Shown: one piece after another, positions 14,301 to 24,951 of the stretch
Position numbering within the stretch: the stretch's first letter is position 1
Layout: every line of letters starts with the position of its first letter
NCBI GenBank assembly: GCA_002269645.1
Contig: NIVC01000672.1
Span: 248,001-312,000, forward strand
Length of the DNA: 64,000 bases
Reading direction: 5' to 3'
From: Macrostomum lignano
Taxonomy: Eukaryota
Translations under genes and position numbers: made by a program
Notes under the pieces: generated by a model
What the model was told of the DNA's origin: nothing
What the model saw: the letters and a program-made list of their open reading frames with translations, nothing else
The model's database searches: none

Positions 14301-17300
14301 CAACATGTTCTCCTTCCTGTACATCCTGACCGCCTTCTACTTCATCGGCAAGGGCCACCGCTTCCTGCTGCAGCAGCGCAAGAAGCTCATTAAGTTGTGG
14401 AACGCCGCCCTGGGCCTCAACGTATTCGTGGTGCTGTGCAAGTGCCTGCTGCAGATCATCGGCTGCTCGTTTCCGCAGCACAGCGTCGACTGGAAGCACC
14501 AGGTGTTCGGCATTCAGTGCCTTAATATGAAGGCCTTCACTGAGTACGCCATCGACAACTCCTGGGACAGCTCCATCAACAATCCGGGTGAGTTCCGCTT
14601 GCGGATTTTAAAAGAAGTTGGGTAGTTCATTTGGGTTGCAGGAGGTTTTAGTTTCTGCCTTTGACGGTTTGAAAACCCAAAGTTGGCTCTTGGAAAATCC
14701 GCGGTTATTCCGTGTGATTCTGTGAGATTTCTTTATTTACGATTTTCGGGGTTTAGCAATTTTCATGATTTTTTGAGTATTTTCATAGGTTTGGAGTTTC
14801 GTGGGTTTTAATGGGTTCAGTGGAAATTTCAGTGGGTTTTGGAGGATTTCAGTGGGTTTTGGAGGACTTCAGTGGGTTTTGGAGTATTTCAGTGGGTTTT
14901 GGATGATTTCAGTGGGTTTTGGATGCTTTTAGTGGGTTTTGGAGGATTTCAGTGGGTTTTGGAGGATTTCAGTGGGTTTTGAGGGATTCCTAAGGGTTTT
15001 GAGGATTTTCAGGGATTTCCATAGATTTTATACGGTATTTCTAGAGCGTTATTGGTTCCCTTAGGATTGGAATATCTTCGCATAGAATTTCTGCATTTTC
15101 AATAAAAGTACAAGCGCTCACAACAGCCGCAATCCCGTCCTGAACCCGGCAGGCATCGTGATGGACATGGTCTGCTTCATCTTTATGATCGTACAGAAGC
15201 GGGTGTTCCTCACCACCTACTTCACCGAGGTGCGGCTGGACACGGAGATCCAGAACTCCTTCACCTCCAAGGGCGCGCGAATAATCACGGCCTCGATGAG
15301 GCGCCAGAAGGAGCAGAACCAGGCCGAGGAGCTCAACGAAGTTGAGTACATCCGGCGCAAGGTTGAGCATCTGAAGTCGCGCAAACGGCAGAAACGCGAA
15401 ATCACTGAGCACTTTCAGGTGAGCAGAGTTTTATTTGGGCCTGCCACCCCCCCCCCCCCTCAGTGCTATGCCGTCTCTTATACATACAGACTACTAAATA
15501 CCAAGGACTACTGAAGTAGAAGAGACGGGAAAGTCTCTACGTTTCTTAGAAAATGCCTAAAACCCAAAAAGATGGCACGGCTCGGCTCATTGGTTTTATG
15601 AATCTACTTTATCATTCTTAGCAACACAGATGATAAAATAGAATCCTAATTTTTGCACAAAAAGCTCTATGAATATCAATGGAGCCATAAGAAAGGCACA
15701 GCATATCAAAATATGAACATTGGGTCCGCCTCCTATCAAAAGCAATATAACAATTTACGTAGTTTCCCAGGCATGAACACTCTCTGTGCCCTCTGGAAAT
15801 TGGCCAACTTTGTTTGCGCACGGAATCGAACCCGCGCGTGTTTTGGCGCCATAGCCAGCTGCTCCGCCCCATCTTTTGCGCACGGAATCGAACCCGCGCG
15901 TGTTTTGGCGCCATAGCCAGCTGCTCCGCCCCATCTTTTGCGCACGGAATCGAACCCGCGCGTGTTTTGGCGCCATAGCCAGCTGCTCCGCCCCATCTTT
16001 TGCGCACGGAATCGAACCCGCGCGTGTTTTGGCGCCATAGCCAGCTGCTCCGCCCCATCTTTTGCGCACGGAATCGAACCCGCGCGTGTTTTGGCGCCAT
16101 AGCCAGCTGCTCCGCCCCATCTTTTTGCGCACGGAATCGAACCCGCGCGTGTTTTGGCGCCATAGCCAGCTGCTCCGCCCCATCTTTTTGCGCACGGAAT
16201 CGAACCCGCGCGTGTTTTGGCGCCATAGCCAGCTGCTCCGCCCCATCTTTTTGCGCACGGAATCGAACCCGCGCGTGTTTTGGCGCCATAGCCAGCTGCT
16301 CCGCCCCATCTTTTTGCGCACGGAATCGAACCCGCGCGTGTTTTGGCGCCATAGCCAGCTGCTCCGCCCCATCTTTTTGCGCACGGAATCGAACCCGCGC
16401 GTGTTTTGGCGCCATAGCCAGCTGCTCCGCCCCATCTTTTTGCGCACGGAATCGAACCCGCGCGTGTTTTGGCGCCATAGCCAGCTGCTCCGCCCCATCT
16501 TTTTGCGCACGGAATCGAACCCGCGCGTGTTTTGGCGCCATAGCCAGCTGCTCCGCCCCATCTTTTTGCGCACGGAATCGAACCCGCGCGTGTTTTGGCA
16601 CCATAGCCAGCTGCTCCGCCCCATCATTAAGCTATGATAATGATTGGCAGGCTTGCAATTCCAATAGTAATGAAGCCGCCCGCCATGCCAACCCCACCAG
16701 GCCGTCCGGTCCGGTACCCGCGACCTGTTCTACGCCGTGGACGCGGACGGCAACAAGGTGCTCACCATTGACGAGTCCGCCGAGGACGAGCCCGACCCGC
16801 ACTGGCAGCCGACCGCCGCCGAGAACCTCATCGAGCAGGGCCTGCTGAAGGCCACCGAGTTCGCCCAGAAGCCGGGCGAGATGATCCGCAAGACCATCAA
16901 TACGCTCGGCCAGCGGCGCTACTCCCGCTCCGTCTCCATTAACGAGGACGAGCTCAAGCGCCTGGTGGCCGGCGCCACCCCCACCGCCGCTGCCACCGCC
17001 GCCACTGCCTCGGCGCTGTCGGGCGAGGAACGGCACTCGCTGCTGCTGGCCGGTCCGCCGATTCCCGAGGAGCTCGAACTGGCAGCCGCGGCGGCCGCTG
17101 CTGCTACCGCTTCCGCCGAGGACACCGACGGAGCGGCTGGTGCCGACAACGACGCGGCGATGTCGGCCTCGACTGAACAGCCGCTGCAGCTGCAGCACAG
17201 CCTCATGGAGGTGCCGCCGCCGCCCACCACCCCCGTGCTGAGTGCCAGCAACACGCTGGTTGACCTCAACGAGGCCATGCTAATGCGGAGCATCGGCAGC

Positions 17301-20300
17301 GACTTCCGGCAGCAGGTGGGCCGGCAGTTCGGGGTGGCCAGGCTAGCAATCCATATTGGCTAGACTAGCAATCCATATTGGCTAGACTAGCAATCCATAT
17401 TGGTCAGACTAGCGATCCATATTGGCTAGACTAGCAATCCATATTGGCTAGACTAGCAATTCATGTTGGTCAGACTAGCAATCCATATTGGTCAGACTAG
17501 CAATCCATATTGGTCAGACTAGAAATCCATATTGGTCAGACTAACAATCCGTATAGGTCAGACTAGCAATCCATTTTGGTCAGACTAGCAATCCATATTG
17601 GTCAGACTAGCAATCCATATTGGTCAGACTAGCAATCCATATTGGCTAGACTAGCAATCCATATTGGCTAGACTAGCAATTCATGTTGGTCAGACTAGCA
17701 ATCCATATTGGTCAGACTAGCAATCCATATTGGTCAGACTAGAAATCCATATTGGTCAGACTAACAATCCGTATAGGTCAGACTAGCAATCCATTTTGGT
17801 CAGACTAGCAATCCATATTGGTCAGACTAGCAATCCATATTGGTCAGACTAGCAATCCATATTGGCTAGACTAGCAATCCATATTGGTCAGGCTAGCAAT
17901 CCATATTGGCTAGACTAGCAATCCATATTGGTCAGACTAGCAATCCATATTGGCTAGACTAGCAATCCATATTGGTCAGGCTAGCAATCCATATTGGTCA
18001 GACTAACAATCCATATTGGCTAGACTAGCAATCCATATTGGTCAGTCTAGCAATCCATATTGGTCAGGCTAGCAATCCGTATAGGTCAGACTAGCAATTT
18101 ATATTGGTCAGATTAGCAATCCATATTGGTCAGACTAGCAATTTATATTGGTCAGACTAGCAATCCATATTGGTCAGGCTAGCAATCCATATTGGTCAGA
18201 CTAGCAATCCATATTGGTCAGACTAGCAATTCATATTGGTCAGACTAGCAATCCATATTGGTCAGACTAGCAATCCATATTGGTCAGACTAGCAATCCAT
18301 ATTGGTCAGACTAGCAATCCATATTGGCTAGACTAGCAATCCATATTGGTCAGACTAGCAATTCATGTTGGTCAGGCTAGCAATCCATGTTGGTCAGGCT
18401 AACAATCCATATTGGTCAGGCTAGCAATCCATATTGGCTAGACTAGCAATCCATATTGGTCAGGCTAGCAATCCATATTGGTCAGGCTAGCAATCCATAT
18501 TGGTCAGATTAGCAATTCATATTGGTCAGACTAGCAATTTATATTGGTCAGATTAGCAATTCATATTGGTCAGACTAGCAATTTATATTGGTCAGACTAG
18601 CAATTTATATTGGTCAGACTAGCAATCCGTATAGGTCAGACTAGCAATCCATATTGGTCAGATTAGCAATTCATATTGGTCAGACTAGCAATTTATATTG
18701 GTCAGACTAGCAATCCGTATAGGTCAGGCTAGCAATCCATATTGGCTAGACTAGCAATCCATATTGGTCAGGCTAGCAATCCATATTGGTCAGATTAGCA
18801 ATTCATATTGGTCAGACTAGCAATTTATATTGGTCAGACTAGCAATCCGTATAGGTCAGACTAGCAATCCATATTGGTCAGATTAGCAATTCATATTGGT
18901 CAGACTAGCAATTCATATTGGTCAGACTAGCAATCCATATTGGTCAGACTAGCAATCCGTATAGGTCAGACTAGCAATTTATATTGGTCAGACTAGCAAT
19001 CCATATTGGTCAGACTAGCAATCCATATTGGTCAGATTAGCAATCCGTATAGGTCAGACTAGCAACCCATTCCTAACATTCCAATCCCTTTAGTCGCCGG
19101 CGCTCTCCGACCAGCAGCGGCTGCAGTTGTCCTTCGTCCATCAGCGCCCACCCCCGCCGCCAGTCCGCGGTCTCGGCGATGTCGGCGACGGCAGCATCGG
19201 CAGAGGCCACGTGGCGGCGGGCTACCCGACCCTCGCTTCGGAGGCTGCCGGCACGCTGCTGGCCGGAGATGGCCTGGCCGCAGCCGTGGCCGCTGCCGGG
19301 GTGTCGGCCAGCAGCTATGAAGGCGACCACGAGGACTTCGACGACGAGGAGGAGGAGGACGCAGGCGCGGAGGGCGGCAACTCGCGGGCCTGGAGCCTGG
19401 TGTGGTGGGTGGTGTCGGCGCTGGGCCGCAACCTGCTGGCTCTGCTGCGGGTGCTGTGCAGCCTGCTGGACCGCGCCACCGAGGACTACCGCAAGATCAA
19501 GGACCAGATGATGCAGAGCAAGCTGGAGGCCAAGGACGAGCGCCTGGGCGAGTCGGCGGTGGACGCGCAGGGCGGCGTGGAGCTGAGCATCCGGCCCTAC
19601 CCGGAGGAGTGCATCCAGGAGGACGAGGACTCAAGCGACGTGCCGCTGGAGCCGCTGCCGGAGCCGCAGACCCTCGGGCAGGCAGCCGGCCAGCTGCTGC
19701 TGCTGCTGCAGTACCTGCTGTTCTCCCGCCTGACACCGCTGTGCTACGTTGCCATGGTAACCTATCACCTGTTGAACTGCACGGTGTTCTCGCTGTCGTA
19801 CCCGCTGGTCGTGTTCATGTGGGGCATGCTGTCCGTGCCCTTCCCCACCAAGCGCTTCTGGCTGTCCGCCATCGCCTACACAATGCTACTCATAGTAGTG
19901 AAGTACGCGCTGCAGTTCACCGTGATCAAGAAGGAGCTGATCAGGGAGGACAGCGGCCTCCTGGCTGCCTGGTTCGCCAACGAGATCGGCGCTACCAGCG
20001 ACTACTCGACCCCGGTTGCCGAGATCATCATCCTGGGCCTGCTGTTCCTGCAGCGGAGCAGCCTGAAGCGCTACGGACTGTGGGACATCTCCAGGCAGCA
20101 CACCACCTCCATGTTCTACTCTGGAACTGGGCGACACAGACCCTGTGAGCAGTTTGCCTGTTGAGTTTGTGGCTGTAGGGTTTTTTAATTAGGCTGACTA
20201 AGCTACCGATATGTTGCGTAAATAACTTTATTTAGACGATTTTCTGAATCTTTATTAAGCTACCCATATGTTGCGTAGAAATCTATATTTAGGCTTTCTC

Positions 20301-23300
20301 CAAATCTCCGATTAAGCTACCGATATGTTGCGTAAATGATTATATTTAGACTATTTTCCGAAGCTGTATCCAGCTACCGATATGTTGCGTAAATAACTAT
20401 ATTTAAGCGATTTTCCTAATGCTATCAATATGTTGCGCAACTTCAAACCTGATTCCGCATTATTATTTTTCCTCCCGGCCCGCAGCGCAAGCAACCCGCG
20501 GCAGTGTTGGCACCGCGGAGCCTTCGACGATCGCCAAGGAGGCGCTGGGCGGCGACAGTTCAGCGGCTGACGTTGCCGACGGCGGCATTCGCTACCGGCG
20601 ATTCCGGCCGCAGGTGCCGCCTTCGCCGACGCCTTCGCCGCTGACGCCTGAGGCGGTAGTGGGCAGCACCGACGGGCTGGAGTCTGAGGACGGGCTGGAC
20701 AGGTCCAGGCAGTTCTTTGATGAAGCTGCAGATGGGGTGAGTTGACAGGGCGTACTGGATTCTGAAGGGCTGTGTTGGAGAGGATGGTCTGTAGGTTAGG
20801 GTGGGGGCTTCTGTTTCTGTAGGTAAGAGCGATTTACTGTTTTTGGGCGGAGTGACTGTTGGGGTGACTCTAGTGAGAGAGCGGAATGGCTGTAGCAGAG
20901 GGCGGGGTGACTCTAGTGAGAGAGCGGAATGGCTGTAGCAGAGGGCGGGGTGACTCTAGTGAGAGAGCGGAATGGCTGTAGGAAGAGTGCTGTAGGAGAG
21001 GGCGGAATGGTTGTAGGAGGGTGGGCGAAATGGCTGTACGCTCGGAGGAGGGCGGAATGGCTGTAGGAGAGGGCGGAATGGCTGTAGAATGTGCGGAATG
21101 GCTGTAGGAGAGGGCGGAATGGCTGTAGAATGTGCGGAATGGCTGTAGGAGAGGGCGGAATGGCTGTAGAATGTGCGGAATGGCTGTAGGAGAGGGCGGA
21201 ATGGCTGTAGAATGTGCGGAATGGCTGTAGGAGAGGGCGGAATGGCTGTAGAATGTGCGGAATGGCTGTAGGAGAGGGCGGAATGGCTGTAGAATGTGCG
21301 GAATGGCTGTAGGAGAGGGCGGAATGGCTGTAGAATGTGCGGAATGGCTGTAGGAGAGGGCGGAATGGCTGTAGAATGTGCGGAATGGCTGTAGGAGAGG
21401 GCGGAATGGCTGTAGAATGTGCGGAATGGCCGTAGGAGAGGGCGGAATGGCTGTAGAATGTGCGGAATGGCTGTAGGAGAGGGCGGAATGGCTGTAGAAT
21501 GTGCGGAATGGTTGTGAGAGAGGGCGGAATGGCTGTAGGAGAGGGCGGAATGGCTGTAGGAGGTTGGATAATTGTGCAACAGGCAGCAGCAGCTCCCGCT
21601 CCCCCCCCCCCAGCATCGGAGCGGGCGCCGGTCCAAGTCCTCCTACCCGACCTCCTGCCTGCTGAGCTGCCTGACCTGCCATCCGTTTCGCGAGTTCTTC
21701 AAGAAGATCGCGGACCCGAACATCTCGGTGCGGGTGGACCTGTACTCCTGGATGTTCATCAGCGAGTTCGTGTCGTTGCTCATCATCTTCTTCGGCTACA
21801 CGGCCGGCTTCGCTGGCCCCGGCCGAGTCGAGGACGAGAACATCATCACCTACATCTCCAAGGAGGAGGTGAGGCTCTCGCTGCTCTACTCGCTAAGTAG
21901 TAATGCAAGCATTTTAATAACTAAATAAATCCTTCAATTCGCGCAGATCCCGCTGACTCTCACGCTGACCATGTTCGTGCAGTTCACCATGCTGCTGGTG
22001 GACCGCGGCCTCTTCCTCACCCGCTCCAGGCGGGGCAAATTCTTCTTTCACCTGCTGCATGTGACTTTGCTGCACGTCTACCTGAAGTTCATCCTGCCCT
22101 ACATGACCTCGTGAGCGTTGGAGCTTTATTTCTGATTCCGCAATCCTAACTCTGATCTTAAAATGCCAAGATAGATCCCAATAATCCCAACACTGATCCC
22201 AATAATCCCATCACTGATCCCAGTAATCCCAACACTGATCCCAATAATCCCAACTCTGATCCCAATAATCCCAACACTGATCCCAATAATCCCAACACAC
22301 TAATCCCAATAATTCCATCACTAGTCCCAATAATCCAATCACTAGTCCCAATAATCCCATCACTCGTCCCAATAATCCCAACTCTGATCCCAATAATCCC
22401 AACACTGATCCCAATAATCCCAACACTGATCCCAATAATCCCATCACTGATCCCAGTAATCCCAACACTGATCCCAATAATCCCAACTCTGATCCCAATA
22501 ATCCCAACACTGATCCCAATAATCCCAACACACTAATCCCAATAATTCCATCACTAGTCCCAATAATCCAATCACTAGTCCCAATAATCCCATCACTCGT
22601 CCCAATAATCCCAACTCTGATCCCAATAATCCCAACACTGATCCCAATAATCCCAACACACTAATCCCAATAATTCTAACTCTGATCCCAATAATCCCAA
22701 CACTGATCCCAATAATGACAACACTGATACCAATAATCCCAACTCTGATCCCAATAATCCCAACTCTGATCCCAATAATCCCAACACTGATCCCAATAAT
22801 CCCAACTCTGATCCCAGTAATCCCAACTCTGATCCCAATAATCCCATCACTGATCCCAATAATCCCAACACTGATCCCAATAATCCCAACACACTAATCC
22901 CAATAATCCCAACTCTGATCCCAATAATCACAACACTGATCCCAATAATCACAACACTGATACCAATAATCCCAACTCTGATCCCAATAACCCAACACTG
23001 ATCCCAATAACCCAACACTGATCCCAATAATCCCAACACTGATCCCAATAATCCCAACTCTGATCCCAATAATCCCAACACTGATCCCAATAATCCCAAC
23101 ACTGGTTCAAAATTCCATTACTGATCACAGCTCAGTAGCGGTGGTAAAACTATGAAATGAAGTGAATATTTAAATATCCTGTCTGAAATGTACTTTTAAC
23201 CGTCCCGCCGCCCCCGCAGAGCCGATTACGTGTCCCGCAGCTGGGTGATCAAGATGTTCTACGCCTCCAAGTGCGTGTACTTCGCCCTGTCAGCCTATCA

Positions 23301-23837
23301 GATCCTCTCGGGCTACCCGTCGCGCGTCCTTGGCAACTTCATCTGCAAGCGGCAGAACTACCTGAACCTGTTCTCATTCAAGATCTACCTCATCATTCCG
23401 TTCCTGTTCGAGCTGCGGTCTGTCATGGACTGGATGCTCACCAACACTGCGCTCAGCATCTCCCACTGGCTGCTGGTTGAGGACATCTACAGCGTCATCT
23501 TCGTGTCGAAGTGCTGGCGCCGGGCCGAGATCGACTACCCCACGGAGCGGGCCAAGAACCGGACACCTTGCTACAAGTACTGTCCGGGATTCTGGCTCAT
23601 TGCCCTCATCGTGGCCTGCATCTGGGCGCCCGTGCTCTGGTTCTCCGTGATGAGCAACGTCTTCTTGGAGATCAATCACGTGACCTCGTGCACCTCTGAG
23701 CTGTCCATCGGCTCCTTTACACCGCTGTACACCCTGCGGACAACCAGCGTGAAGGGCTTCACGCAGGAGAACCGGACCTTCGTGCACGACTGCTTCGCTA
23801 AGAAGGGCGAGGTGTGTGCCTGCGGGTGGGCAGACAT

Positions 23838-23876
<39 letters not shown>

Positions 23877-23899
23877 CTAAGACAGACAGACAGACAGAC

Positions 23900-23954
<55 letters not shown>

Positions 23955-24168
23955 GTAAGACAGACAGACAGACACTAAGACAGAGACAGACAGTAAGACA
24001 GACAGACAGACACTAAGACAGACACAGACAGAGACAGACACTAAGACAGACAGACAGACACTAAGACAGACACTAGACAGACACAGACAGAGACAGACAC
24101 TAAGACAGACAGACAGACAGACAGACACTAAGACAGGCAGACAGAGACAGACAGACAGACAGACAGAC

Positions 24169-24235
<67 letters not shown>

Positions 24236-24447
24236 GTAAGACAGACAGACAGACACTAAGACAGAGACAGACACTAAGACAGACAGACAGACACTAAGAC
24301 AGACACAGACAGAGACAGACACTAAGACAGACAGACAGACAGACACTAAGACAGACACTAGACAGACACAGACAGAGACAGACACTAAGACAGACAGACA
24401 GACAGACAGACTAAGACAGGCAGACAGCGACAGACAGACAGACAGAC

Positions 24448-24494
<47 letters not shown>

Positions 24495-24718
24495 GTAAGA
24501 CAGACAGACAGACACTAAGACAGAGACAGACAGAGACAGACACTAAGACAGACAGACAGACACTAAGACAGACACAGACAGAGACAGACACTAAGACAGA
24601 CAGACAGACAGACACTAAGACAGACACTAGACAGACACAGACAGAGACAGACACTAAGACAGACAGACAGACAGACAGACACTAAGACAGGCAGACAGAG
24701 ACAGACAGACAGACAGAC

Positions 24719-24777
<59 letters not shown>

Positions 24778-24848
24778 GTAAGACAGACAGACAGACACAG
24801 ACAGAGACAGACACTAAGACAGACAGACAGACAGACACTAAGACAGAC

Positions 24849-24883
<35 letters not shown>

Positions 24884-24906
24884 CTAAGACACTAAGACAG
24901 GCAGAC

Positions 24907-24951
<45 letters not shown>

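Noticed and set aside
15811-16625. CRISPR array or tRNA gene cluster
   Set aside because: Units are contiguous with no unique spacers, and each lacks an anticodon arm and acceptor stem; the same no-spacer argument applies to all other arrays in the window.
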